DNA of 30,757 bases from a virus, in the IMG/VR virus record IMGVR_UViG_3300045988_147730; one strand, given 5' to 3'. A program made the position numbers and the translations under genes. Under the pieces are notes generated by a model. It searched no databases and was not told the origin of the DNA. It was given only the letters and a program-made list of their open reading frames with translations. Shown one piece after another: positions 12,920-22,836 of this stretch (position 1 is the first letter of the stretch; each line of letters begins with the position of its first letter).

Positions 12920-15900
12920 CTAACTATTTAACACATTCCAATATGTACTACTTCTTATATTTGCATCATCATTATAGAATTTCAACATATTAATTAGAAC
13001 TCCACCATTACTGATGTAATTTTTAAATGCTGTTTTATAATTAGATAATACACCTCTATTATAAGCCCATTTATAGCTGTCTGTATATGACCATGTTTGT
13101 TTTGTGCTAGTCCCCCAAGATAAAATATAGACATCAAATCTTTTAGGATTTGGATAATTTTTCAAGGCTTGAGAACTTGTATACGCTCCAAACAAATCGA
13201 AGTCGAAACAGCCCAGACCTGTATCTGTCACTGTGAATATACCATCTAAAGTTACCTTTGTTCCGTCTGAATTAATCCATACTTGATTTTTCAATCCCGG
13301 TATGTAAATACGGCTACCATAGGGGATATTCAAACTTGCAACTGTTTTTCCCATTGAACAACCAAGTCCAGATGCACCCGTGGCACTGTTCTTTGGTGCT
13401 GAATAACAAGTACATCTAGCATCGTGTAATCTATATACATAGTTGTGTCCATCGATTGTTCCACGTTCATTGAAACAGTTTTTGTATTCTTCTTTTACTA
13501 CTGTTCCTCCACTAGAACTTGTACTATCTGCCCTGTCTAGCTCTGGAAGTCTTATAAAAAATGCTTGTTTATTTAAGTTATATTTGCTATAAATTATTCC
13601 TTTCTTGTAGCCACTCGCCTCTGCAATATACCCATTGCCCATATAAATGGCAGTATGATGAGTCTTCACTGTTGCCATGTTGCTTGTCGTTACAGTGTAT
13701 CCATTGTTCGCAAACATTATAATGTCGCCTGGTTTCGCCCTCGTAAATCCACTGTCTGCATATCTCCAAAATGTTGCTCCATGTGCTTTTGCAGTACTTT
13801 GTAATGAACCCATACTACAAGTTAAGCCTTTCATATAACCCATTCCGGCTTTCTCATAACAACATCCTACAAGCGAAGAACAGTCAAACCCATAAGTTAC
13901 ACCTACTTGAACAAAACTAGGTTGATAATAAGTAGTTCCTCCTACTGTCTCTACTTTGCCTTTTATAGTTACCATACTGTTAAGACTTGTTGTTCTCCAG
14001 TACTGAGAATACCAAGCAGTATGATTAGTACCCATATTGACTATTTTCATTGCTGTATCACATATTGTTTGACGCATATTCGATACAGTAATTCCTCCAC
14101 TAGAAGAACCACCTCCTGTTGTCCCTCCACTAGAAGAAGAACCACCACTTGTTACTTTTGTACTTGGTCGTATCACTAATACTATTGTGTTAGTATTATA
14201 GTCTTTTACAAGGTCTTTTTTTAGTCCCACAAACCAACCATCTGTGTGTTTCTCTCCAGGGTTACTCATAGCTGTAATAAGTTGAGCATTTCCATCTGTA
14301 TCTTGACCTATACATATAGCACAGTTGGATATACATTTCCATCTATTTGGATAGATATAATTGCCACTGCTAGTCTTACCTGCGTAGAATATCAAATCCC
14401 CTTTTTGAATATTGCTATAATCAGTTTTTACAGTAATTGTTTGTCCTCTATCTGAAAAGAATTTTGCAATTTCTGCACAAGTTCTCGCAAGTGTTGTTCC
14501 GCTTGTAGGAACTATAGCCCCTGTATATTCACTATTCTTCGCCATTATATTAGCTCTATAATTGTTGAAATTAACGAGATTTGCATATGGAGAATCTGAA
14601 TAAGAATAACCCATAAGACATAGTAATAATAATGTAGAATCATCAATCATCTTCCAGTAATTCCCTTGGGCAGACTTTTCCCATATACTATAATTTGCTC
14701 CCATAGCACCACTTGCTGTGCTACTACAAGGAGTAGTTTCTCCGTAAGTAAATCCATTGTCCCAAGATTTCGCAGATGTATAATTATTTCTTGCATTATA
14801 ATAACTTTCTGCAAATTCTGCGACCTTTGCCCCATTATATAATTCTGGGATAACTGTTGCTGTTCCAGTAATTACTTTCACATAAGTTGTATTATTCGTA
14901 ATCCATCCATATTCACCATTGTAACTAATTTTATACCAACCTGTATCCTTATCTGTCTCTAATATATCTGCAACAAATCCTTTGCTTACAATTCCAATAG
15001 AATTATAACTTGTACTTCCTCCACTTCTTACATTAAGATTTTCTGCCAATACTTCTACTTTTTGAACTGTAGTTGAACCGTTTGGATCACCAGAGATTAT
15101 TTCTACATATTCAGATTTATTTGTTATATAAGCATATTCACCATTGTATTTTATCTTGTACCATCCAGTATTTAGGTCAACTCCTACTATTTCTACTGTA
15201 TCCCCATTTACAAGTAATCCAGCATATTCACCATTTATCCCAGGAGTTTTTCTTACATTAAGGGCGTTGGCTAATATTTTACCTATTGCTTTCACTTCTG
15301 TAGTGTCTATGCTCCCACTATCTCCTTTTTTCGCTGCACCTTTTATAACTAATCGGATATTGTCTACTATTAGATATTCTTCTACGGTATCTCCTTGGAA
15401 TTCTATACTATAAATCCCGAATTTAACTAATTTATCTGCTAATTCTGCGGGTAATTCTCTATCCTCAGTTGCATTATAATCTGTAATTTGTGTTCCTGAA
15501 CCATCTCCAGTTAGTGGGCTTGTTAATGGGTCTAACTTATAATATGCTGTATATTCACCGTTTTCTAGTTGGAATCGAACTCTTGGTATTGGAGCAGTAG
15601 TATTATTATCAGCTCTCGTCATTCTAATATAAATTTTATAACTTTCTCTAGACTCAGCAAATTCAGAAAGTGTATCAGCTTTTATAGTATCTTTACTAGC
15701 CATCTCTGCAAATGTTGCATAGCCATGTAGAGACTTGTATCCTTCCTTAAATTTTCCTTGTCCTACAAGATTAAGAAGATTAGCCGTGTCATCTGTTCCT
15801 TCTCCTTCTCTTTCTGTATATTGTTTTATCGCAGGAAAGATTCTCATTGTATTTGTATCAGTATCATTACTGTATGTGTCTTGGAACAGAGTGTCATATT

Positions 15901-18469
15901 GTATAAGTTGCCCTGCTAACCCACCAGATAGGTCAACTGCTGGATAATATATTTCACTATCATTGATATGTTTTGGAACTTGAACTGATTTCGATATCAT
16001 AGCTCCACCTACTGCATAAGCTAATTTTTCTACATTCCCTCTACAATAAGATATTGTAAACCTAGATGTAGAGTCTACATAGGCTGTAGCTTTTACATTT
16101 GAAATATCACAGGATACCACGTGTAAATTAGCTCCTGTGTATAAATTTGCAAAATAGCTGTTATTATCTTTTCCTCTTAGTCTCATCCAGCCAAATTGAA
16201 CATAAGAACTACTTGCAAGTCTTATTCCATTATCACCCTCCACTTCTATGCATGGTAACTTGTTTATTTTTTCAGATGTTGTATCATCGTCTAGTATATT
16301 TGTATTTGTATCTCCGTAAAATTGTATTCTACAATAATTATCTTCTATAGCACTTCCCTCTTTAAGTCTTAGTACTGCATCTTTGCCTAAACTTATTTGC
16401 ATAAGTGTTCCGTGAAAGTCTCTGATGACTATCTTTTCTCTTATTCTAACACCTGCCTCTATATTTATAGTCAACTTGTTAAAAAACATACATCCTTGAG
16501 ATTTCATATATCCAAATACAGTTTGTAGACTGTCTGCTTTGTTTTCTTCATCCCTGCCTGTGCCATCTCCAGTTGCAATTTTTGCTACATAATAATCTGC
16601 GTTCCAATTAGGTTGGCGGTCTATAATTTGTGCTGTAGGATAGTGCCTAAAATCACCATCTACAGATAAATTTGCAAAGTGTGAACCTTGAGAACCTATA
16701 TCCGCTAATTCATTTCCATTTCTATCTAATATGCGAAATCCTTCTTCATCCATTACTGTCTTAGCAATTTCTGTATTCTCTTGGTTGGTGTGGTTTACTG
16801 CTATTCCATCTTGATTTATTTGTATTAATCCTTCTTTGATGCTTATTTCCCCATCGGAACTTACTTCTAATGTTGTATCTCCGTTTCCATCTGTTACAGT
16901 AAGATTTCTAGCATCTATGTAAGTTCCTTTAACTTTACCAGCAGTAATTTTATCAGCGTTCAAACTTTCAATTAATGCCTCTTTAATTGCACAATCTTCA
17001 AATATCTGTGTGCCATCTTTAATTTTATATGTTGTTGCACTAACTTCATTCGAAAATTCCGTACTTTGACCATGTGTATTGGTACATCTAACTCTATAAT
17101 ACCAAGTTTCATTGAAATTAACTTCATGCAAAAATGAACTTGCATGACCTTTAAATATAAGGTGATTTTCAGTTGGATTGAAATTTTGAGATTGTGATGC
17201 ATATAATTCATAGAAATAATATGGTTTACTTTCAAAAGTCCATACTAGAGATACACTCGCAAACCCTTCTCTTTCTACAGTTAATACTGGAGGATCTGGT
17301 AATGTGTTAGGAAAATCTTCATCTTTTATGGTGTTATCTTCATCTTTATCTTTTGATGGGTCTATAATTGAGCCGTTAACTGTTATAGTACTTTGAGATG
17401 GTAATATATAACCTAATGTAATTGTTCTTTCATTTTCTTTAATGTCAATTTTTTCTTTAATAATTCTACTTTCTAAGTCAATAGAATAATTCTCGTCAAG
17501 GATTATAATTCTATCACCAAAACTATAATTATAATGTTCAAATCCTTCTATATCTGATAGATCTTCAACGTTAATTTCATAGCTTACTGTAGGCTCTTTT
17601 GTTTCTTGCAATTTATTGTAGGTTTCTTTTAATAATATATTTACATCTGTTATATCTTTATTTTCATATATTCCTTCTAGTCTTCCGTACTTTTCAATAC
17701 TTTCTAAGTCCTCAACGTATTTTTGTCCAGAAGGTTTATCACATTTATCGCCATTTGCTACCGACCAAACTACATCAGCGAAATCAATTAATCTACTGTA
17801 ACCACCAGTTTCTTCTCCAGTTTCATCTGTTGTGGGTAAACTTGAACCTCTACCATAGAGTACATTATAGTGATTATCAGCAACTTCCGTTCTTTTAATG
17901 GAATTTATATTTGTGTCATATGTGAATCTTAATCCAGTTTCTACTCCTAGTTTTAAAACTAAATCCACATATTTATTCAATCTGTTTGTTTCTTCATCAA
18001 GTTCAATTCTTACATCATATTCACAACCGTATATCTTAACAACTTCTTTTAGAGCTGATAGAGAAGATGTGTAATAGAAACTGCAAGTATTAGAATCAAA
18101 ATTATCTATGTTTCCGACCTTATAATTACTTCCTTCTAATACTTTTTCTAGTGTTTTATCTGCTGTATAATCTACACATCTTTTTTCTTCTATGATATGA
18201 TCGTTAAGATTATATATATCATTATGGCAATATATCCTTTTTTCATCATCTGAGAAAAATGTATCCTCAATTTCTTCTATAGAAAAAAGGTAGAATTTAT
18301 CGTTAACATAAAATCCTACCTTATTTTTACGTTTAATATTTTCCGATTCATTAATATCAATTTTGAATTCAAAAGTCCAATCTCCGTTCAATTCTCTGTT
18401 CATTTCGCTATCATAAAAATTTTCTATTATTTCCAATAGATTTTCATCTTTATCAAAAATATATAACAC
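12920..18469 (-). CDS. Tail-tip protein (Tal / prophage-tail endopeptidase family) fused to FN3, beta-helix-like, 2x SH3, NlpC/P60 and 3D domains, 1849 aa
   Basis: N-terminus MLYIFDKDENLLEII... directly follows Dit. An FN3-like segment is present (VSLVWTFE...WYYRVRCTN). SH3 repeats read LNVRKTPG...GWYKIKYNGEYAYI and LNVRSGGS...GWYKISYNGEYGWI. NlpC/P60 motifs are GFDCSSLVG...GDIIMF...HHTAIYMG. Gly/Ser linkers separate domains. The C-terminal 3D-domain-like segment reads CTCYSAP..TGASG...IYIPGL...VTDTG. Confidence 0.85.
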   Translation of the reverse strand: MLYIFDKDENLLEIIENFYDSEMNRELNGDWTFEFKIDINESENIKRKNKVGFYVNDKFYLFSIEEIEDTFFSDDEKRIYCHNDIYNLNDHIIEEKRCVDYTADKTLEKVLEGSNYKVGNIDNFDSNTCSFYYTSSLSALKEVVKIYGCEYDVRIELDEETNRLNKYVDLVLKLGVETGLRFTYDTNINSIKRTEVADNHYNVLYGRGSSLPTTDETGEETGGYSRLIDFADVVWSVANGDKCDKPSGQKYVEDLESIEKYGRLEGIYENKDITDVNILLKETYNKLQETKEPTVSYEINVEDLSDIEGFEHYNYSFGDRIIILDENYSIDLESRIIKEKIDIKENERTITLGYILPSQSTITVNGSIIDPSKDKDEDNTIKDEDFPNTLPDPPVLTVEREGFASVSLVWTFESKPYYFYELYASQSQNFNPTENHLIFKGHASSFLHEVNFNETWYYRVRCTNTHGQSTEFSNEVSATTYKIKDGTQIFEDCAIKEALIESLNADKITAGKVKGTYIDARNLTVTDGNGDTTLEVSSDGEISIKEGLIQINQDGIAVNHTNQENTEIAKTVMDEEGFRILDRNGNELADIGSQGSHFANLSVDGDFRHYPTAQIIDRQPNWNADYYVAKIATGDGTGRDEENKADSLQTVFGYMKSQGCMFFNKLTINIEAGVRIREKIVIRDFHGTLMQISLGKDAVLRLKEGSAIEDNYCRIQFYGDTNTNILDDDTTSEKINKLPCIEVEGDNGIRLASSSYVQFGWMRLRGKDNNSYFANLYTGANLHVVSCDISNVKATAYVDSTSRFTISYCRGNVEKLAYAVGGAMISKSVQVPKHINDSEIYYPAVDLSGGLAGQLIQYDTLFQDTYSNDTDTNTMRIFPAIKQYTEREGEGTDDTANLLNLVGQGKFKEGYKSLHGYATFAEMASKDTIKADTLSEFAESRESYKIYIRMTRADNNTTAPIPRVRFQLENGEYTAYYKLDPLTSPLTGDGSGTQITDYNATEDRELPAELADKLVKFGIYSIEFQGDTVEEYLIVDNIRLVIKGAAKKGDSGSIDTTEVKAIGKILANALNVRKTPGINGEYAGLLVNGDTVEIVGVDLNTGWYKIKYNGEYAYITNKSEYVEIISGDPNGSTTVQKVEVLAENLNVRSGGSTSYNSIGIVSKGFVADILETDKDTGWYKISYNGEYGWITNNTTYVKVITGTATVIPELYNGAKVAEFAESYYNARNNYTSAKSWDNGFTYGETTPCSSTASGAMGANYSIWEKSAQGNYWKMIDDSTLLLLCLMGYSYSDSPYANLVNFNNYRANIMAKNSEYTGAIVPTSGTTLARTCAEIAKFFSDRGQTITVKTDYSNIQKGDLIFYAGKTSSGNYIYPNRWKCISNCAICIGQDTDGNAQLITAMSNPGEKHTDGWFVGLKKDLVKDYNTNTIVLVIRPSTKVTSGGSSSSGGTTGGGSSSGGITVSNMRQTICDTAMKIVNMGTNHTAWYSQYWRTTSLNSMVTIKGKVETVGGTTYYQPSFVQVGVTYGFDCSSLVGCCYEKAGMGYMKGLTCSMGSLQSTAKAHGATFWRYADSGFTRAKPGDIIMFANNGYTVTTSNMATVKTHHTAIYMGNGYIAEASGYKKGIIYSKYNLNKQAFFIRLPELDRADSTSSSGGTVVKEEYKNCFNERGTIDGHNYVYRLHDARCTCYSAPKNSATGASGLGCSMGKTVASLNIPYGSRIYIPGLKNQVWINSDGTKVTLDGIFTVTDTGLGCFDFDLFGAYTSSQALKNYPNPKRFDVYILSWGTSTKQTWSYTDSYKWAYNRGVLSNYKTAFKNYISNGGVLINMLKFYNDDANIRSSTYWNVLNS

Positions 18470-18481
18470 GAAATCACCTCC

Positions 18482-19237
18482 TTACATGAAGACTTCTTGA
18501 AGTTCTAAAGTTATATTTGCATTACCTATTTCAAGATTGTATTTATTGTTTAATACATTTGGGTTTAACATATGATATCTACTATCTAATGTTAATATAT
18601 TCATTTTATTTTCACCGTTTAAAGTTATCTTTTTTGTTTTCATATCTATTATCAATTTATCATTAGTCAAAAAATTATGTTTGAATCTAATGTAATTATC
18701 ATATTTATCGTTTTTAAGAGTTAGTTTTAATTCTTCGCAATCACTTGTTATATCAAATATTATTTTAGGATATGAGTATTCTGTTCCTAATTTAATATTA
18801 TAGTTATCTATATCAGATAATTTTATATTTATTTTTTGTATTCCATATCTATAAGGGTCGCATATTAAGAATTCTATAGTTCCTTCACCTTCGATATCTG
18901 AATAATCTAAATCAAATCCATTATTACAAATAGCCATATAATATAAATTTGGATTATCTGGTAATATTAATTTGCTTTCTTTCCAGTCATCACCTTTAAT
19001 CCATTGAATTAACTCTTGTTGTTGCTCAAATTTAGATAATACTCCATCTCTTTCAAGACTGAAATCAATAGTAATTAATTTACTACCAAATTCAATTTTT
19101 TTATGTCTATAGCCAATATTACTTTTTACTGTTGTGTTTGTTATATCGGCTAATATTTGCGTATTTATTTGTTTGACTATAACGAATGAAGGAAGAGGAA
19201 TATCGTTGAAGTATATCTGATGTTTCATATTAACCAA
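18482..19237 (-). CDS. Distal tail protein (Dit)
   Basis: Lies between the tape measure and Tal. It is 251 aa. TTG start lies 6 nt after GGAGGTG. Confidence 0.7.
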   Translation of the reverse strand: MVNMKHQIYFNDIPLPSFVIVKQINTQILADITNTTVKSNIGYRHKKIEFGSKLITIDFSLERDGVLSKFEQQQELIQWIKGDDWKESKLILPDNPNLYYMAICNNGFDLDYSDIEGEGTIEFLICDPYRYGIQKINIKLSDIDNYNIKLGTEYSYPKIIFDITSDCEELKLTLKNDKYDNYIRFKHNFLTNDKLIIDMKTKKITLNGENKMNILTLDSRYHMLNPNVLNNKYNLEIGNANITLELQEVFM

Positions 19238-21404
19238 CTACAACACCTCCAGTCATTTTAGTTTTTCTGTTAACAAATCTTTGTAGTTTTTCATCAATAG
19301 CTTTGGCTAATTTTTCTATATCATCTTTATTTTCGACTTTTATGTCGGAGAAATTGAAATTAACATTATATGTTGTATTAGAATTGCTTAATTTTTCAGA
19401 AAGGAAATCGTTTAAATTATTATAAAATCCATCTATAGGAAGAACAGCCTCATTTCCGGCTTCTCCTCCACCAAGTAAAGTATTACCATTCATTCCAAAT
19501 ATAGTGGGTTGTGTCATTATCCCACCTTTTTTATACCAACTTACAGAAATTTTTGGCACACTTACAGGATTTAAACTTAATTTACCACGAACACTAAAGT
19601 GAGGTAATTTAATCTTTGGTAGACTTAAATGACAACTACTGAAGAAACCTTTTATTCTGCTTAACCCAGAGGAAACAATGCTTTTCGCACTATTCATGGC
19701 ACTTGAAATTGCATTTTTAGCTGAATTGAATTTCGTACTAATGGAATTATAGATTTGACTACATGCATTTGATGCTGTAGATTTCATAGAATTCCATGAA
19801 TTACTCAATGTATTTCTAGCATTATTCATTGCGCTTGAAATTGTATTTTTAGCTGAATTAAATTTTGTGCTAACAGAATTATAGATATATGAACATCCAT
19901 TAGTAACTGCTGTTTTCATAGTGTTCCATGCGTTGCTTACTGTTGATGAAACAGCTTTCCATATTTCACTAGCTTTTGCTCTAATTGTGCCCCAGTTCTT
20001 ATACAATGCAACACCTATTGCTATTAAGGCAGTTATTACTGCTATTACTGCTACTACTGGTAGTGAAATTCCACCTATTGCGGTTATTAATGTAGGAATA
20101 AACCCTGTAACTGTTGTTATAGCCCCAAATAAGAGACTGAATCCGTTCGAGAATATACCTATAATTGGAGTTACAATTCCTACTACACCTGCTATTGCAG
20201 TTATTGCCCCTGCTAATGCTACAATAACAGTAATTACAGTTTGAATAGGTTGTGGAAGATTATTGAATTTATCAACTAACCATTCTATACCTTTTACAAT
20301 ATTTTCAATTATTGGTGATAGGTTTTTGAATACAGGTATTAATGCGTTGGCGATTGCTGATTTCAAATTGTTTATAGCCGTATGTAACGGCAACATAGAT
20401 TCTCCTAATTTTGACTGTGAATCCATTAATTTTGCTTGAGATTCTTGATATTCTCTAGCACCTTTTGTATTTTCATCATATGATTTTTTAGTTTCACCAT
20501 ACACCTTATTCAACGTTTCTTGAATTAGTTTTGCCCTTTCTTGAGTTGTCTTACATTTTTCTAATTTTTTATTAAAATCATCTTCTGAAATACCAGCCCA
20601 GTTTAACGCATCAGCTAGAGAACCTGTTACTGTTCCTACTTGAGCAGTTTCATCTATAGATTCGGCTAACCCTTCTATTGGAATGGAATCTCCGTATGCA
20701 GTCCACACAGCTATCATACTTTCAGTTAATTCACTTGTTTGAGATTGACTTAGATTTAATTTTTCCATATTCATAATTGTATTTGCCACAGCCATGTCGT
20801 CACCAATATAACCGTACAAGTGTTCATATTGACCTTGTAACCAATTTGTACTATGTCCTGTTGCCTCTAAAGAGGCTTTTAATTTTGCATGATTATTAGA
20901 GTATTCCATAGTTTCGTCACTTAAACTCATTATTGTATCGACCATGCCTTTAAAACCGTTTGTGATACCTTCTACACCTTCAAAAGCAAATGCATTTTTT
21001 AAAGCATCACCTACTTGGTCAGCCTCACTATCCAATCTTTGCAAATCAGAAATAGCTCCAGATACATCAACATTTACCCCAGAACTACCAACTTGTCTAA
21101 TAGAATCATCAGTTTGGTCTGCCTCGTTTTGAACCCTTTGTAAATCAGAGGTAGCTGAACCAATATCAACATTTATACCAGAATCACCAATTTGTCTAAT
21201 GGAATCATCAGTTTGACTAGCATCACTATCCAATCTTTGCAAATCAGAAACTGCACTAGATATATCTACATCAATGCTTTGACCATCAATTCTATCTAAT
21301 GATTCTCCTGTATTTCTACCTTCTCTTTGTACTTCTTGTAATTGTCTAGTAACGTTATCTACATCAATAGATATATTAGCAGACAATCTAAATACATCTG
21401 ACAT
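19230..21404 (-). CDS. Tape measure protein
   Basis: 724 aa, immediately after the G/GT chaperone pair. It has a central hydrophobic/Gly-Ala-Ile-rich segment and internal tandem repeats (3 x about 33 aa near the N-terminus, 2 x about 44 aa near residue 500). Confidence 0.85.
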   Translation of the reverse strand: MSDVFRLSANISIDVDNVTRQLQEVQREGRNTGESLDRIDGQSIDVDISSAVSDLQRLDSDASQTDDSIRQIGDSGINVDIGSATSDLQRVQNEADQTDDSIRQVGSSGVNVDVSGAISDLQRLDSEADQVGDALKNAFAFEGVEGITNGFKGMVDTIMSLSDETMEYSNNHAKLKASLEATGHSTNWLQGQYEHLYGYIGDDMAVANTIMNMEKLNLSQSQTSELTESMIAVWTAYGDSIPIEGLAESIDETAQVGTVTGSLADALNWAGISEDDFNKKLEKCKTTQERAKLIQETLNKVYGETKKSYDENTKGAREYQESQAKLMDSQSKLGESMLPLHTAINNLKSAIANALIPVFKNLSPIIENIVKGIEWLVDKFNNLPQPIQTVITVIVALAGAITAIAGVVGIVTPIIGIFSNGFSLLFGAITTVTGFIPTLITAIGGISLPVVAVIAVITALIAIGVALYKNWGTIRAKASEIWKAVSSTVSNAWNTMKTAVTNGCSYIYNSVSTKFNSAKNTISSAMNNARNTLSNSWNSMKSTASNACSQIYNSISTKFNSAKNAISSAMNSAKSIVSSGLSRIKGFFSSCHLSLPKIKLPHFSVRGKLSLNPVSVPKISVSWYKKGGIMTQPTIFGMNGNTLLGGGEAGNEAVLPIDGFYNNLNDFLSEKLSNSNTTYNVNFNFSDIKVENKDDIEKLAKAIDEKLQRFVNRKTKMTGGVVVG

Positions 21405-21407
21405 TCA

Positions 21408-21704
21408 TTACTCACCTACCTTTACATCTTGTTGTTTAAATTCTCCCTTTTTAAATCTTTCTAATATTTCTTTGTTTTTATCTTTTATATTTTTCTTTTC
21501 TTCTTCGCTTAATTTATTTTGATTATTAGATTTTTTAATATTAGCAGGGTGTAATAATTTATTTTTAAATTCTGAATAAGTTTGAGGCTTTTCTTTTGAA
21601 AATAAACTGAATATCAATGTATTTAGATAATAGTTATATGCTCTATTTTCAGTTCTATTATTTAATACTTCTTTAATTAGATCTAAAGAGTCATCTAACT
21701 CCAT
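21408..21704 (-). CDS. Tail assembly chaperone, T part (expressed as a G-T fusion by -1 frameshift)
   Basis: No SD precedes its ATG. The frame is open all the way back to the slippery site at 21779-21785 and is -1 relative to the upstream ORF. Confidence 0.75.
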   Translation of the reverse strand: MELDDSLDLIKEVLNNRTENRAYNYYLNTLIFSLFSKEKPQTYSEFKNKLLHPANIKKSNNQNKLSEEEKKNIKDKNKEILERFKKGEFKQQDVKVGE

Positions 21705-21757
21705 ATCTAATATTTGAAAGTAACAATTATACTCGATTAATATACCCTTTAAATTTT

Positions 21758-22201
21758 CTACTTCATTAATGACTTGAAAAAACCCATAAATTCTTGAGAT
21801 TTAAATATGTCAATTAGCTCCTTTACTACAATAGTGACATCTTCTTTTTTAATGTCGTTTACTTTTCTATCAGTTATATCTGCCATAGTTTTATAGAACA
21901 TTTCTTCACAATCACCTAATGCAAATATAAAATCTAATACTAAATTCATTGTTATTTCTTCGCTATCTGAATCTAATTCAGCAATTTCTTTTGCAATGTC
22001 AATATTTTCTTCTAATAATCTTGTAACTGTTTCATCATTAATTTCATCTTCTGGTTTTTTTAGTTTAAATAATTTTTGTAAAGTTATTTTTCTTTTCTTT
22101 TCTATTTCAGAAACTTTTCTAATTGTTCTTACTACATTTTCCTTAATTTTCATATCATTTAATAATTTTATTATTTGTAATGCTTGTCTTGTTGTTATCA
22201 T
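21758..22201 (-). CDS. Tail assembly chaperone G
   Basis: Lies between the major tail and tape measure genes. Acidic, 147 aa. SD GAGGAGTGA is present. Confidence 0.75.
   Translation of the reverse strand: MITTRQALQIIKLLNDMKIKENVVRTIRKVSEIEKKRKITLQKLFKLKKPEDEINDETVTRLLEENIDIAKEIAELDSDSEEITMNLVLDFIFALGDCEEMFYKTMADITDRKVNDIKKEDVTIVVKELIDIFKSQEFMGFFKSLMK
21779..21785 (-). other. Programmed -1 ribosomal frameshift heptamer G_GGT_TTT
   Basis: Minus strand reads ATG GGT TTT TTC AAG ... TAG. The heptamer G GGT TTT is in the X_XXY_YYZ register. I read the -1 frame and it is stop-free up to the ATG of 21704. Confidence 0.75.
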
Positions 22202-22275
22202 TTATTATCACTCCTCAATAATATTTAAAAAATCTAAAAAAATATGAGTAGATTCTCATCTACCCATATCCTTCA

Positions 22276-22824
22276 TTATATTTGTTTTTCTTCTGGCACG
22301 TATATTACAACTGGTGCATTATTAGTCCCATTAACGTCTGCTACTGGGTCATAATCATAATTAGCAAATGCTTTTAATGTAAATGTTCCCTCTGAACTAT
22401 CTGATGTCTCTAATGCAAAACCTTCTTCATTTAAGCAGTTTTTCAATACAACAACCATAGGTTTAGAACCGTGCATTTGACCTACAACAACTAAATCTTT
22501 ATATTCTATCGTATTATTAGGAATAAATTTAGTATATCCAGCCACAGTTTCACTTGTATCTTTTTTAATTAAAGATAAAGCAAGTATTTCTTCATTAATT
22601 TCTAAACCTTTTGTTTCTACGGAAACTTCATATCCTAAAACTCTGGACATATCTTTAATTTTACGTCCTCTTTTTCCGTCAAATTCAATTTCTCTAACAT
22701 CTGGTACTATGTTAACATTAACCCCGCCATTAGTTAAACCTAATTCAGTTAGGCCTTCTAAATTAGTTGGGTCTGTAACTGTACCAAGATATATAGTACA
22801 CGCATCTAGTACAAATCTTTTCAA
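22276..22824 (-). CDS. Major tail protein
   Basis: By position and size. The track start (22836) lies inside or before the SD. TTG at 22824 follows GGTGGTGA at 5 nt. Confidence 0.65.
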   Translation of the reverse strand: MKRFVLDACTIYLGTVTDPTNLEGLTELGLTNGGVNVNIVPDVREIEFDGKRGRKIKDMSRVLGYEVSVETKGLEINEEILALSLIKKDTSETVAGYTKFIPNNTIEYKDLVVVGQMHGSKPMVVVLKNCLNEEGFALETSDSSEGTFTLKAFANYDYDPVADVNGTNNAPVVIYVPEEKQI

Positions 22825-22836
22825 CGTTATCACCAC

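Noticed and set aside
13587-17898. Numerous 60-99 aa ORFs on both strands inside the 1849-aa tail gene
   Set aside because: All are nested in or antisense to one long, motif-rich ORF. They have no SDs and low-complexity composition.
19921-21132. Plus-strand ORFs (107 aa and 62 aa) antisense to the tape measure gene
   Set aside because: These are shadow ORFs of the Ala/Ile/Gly/Thr-rich tape measure segment, with no independent signals.
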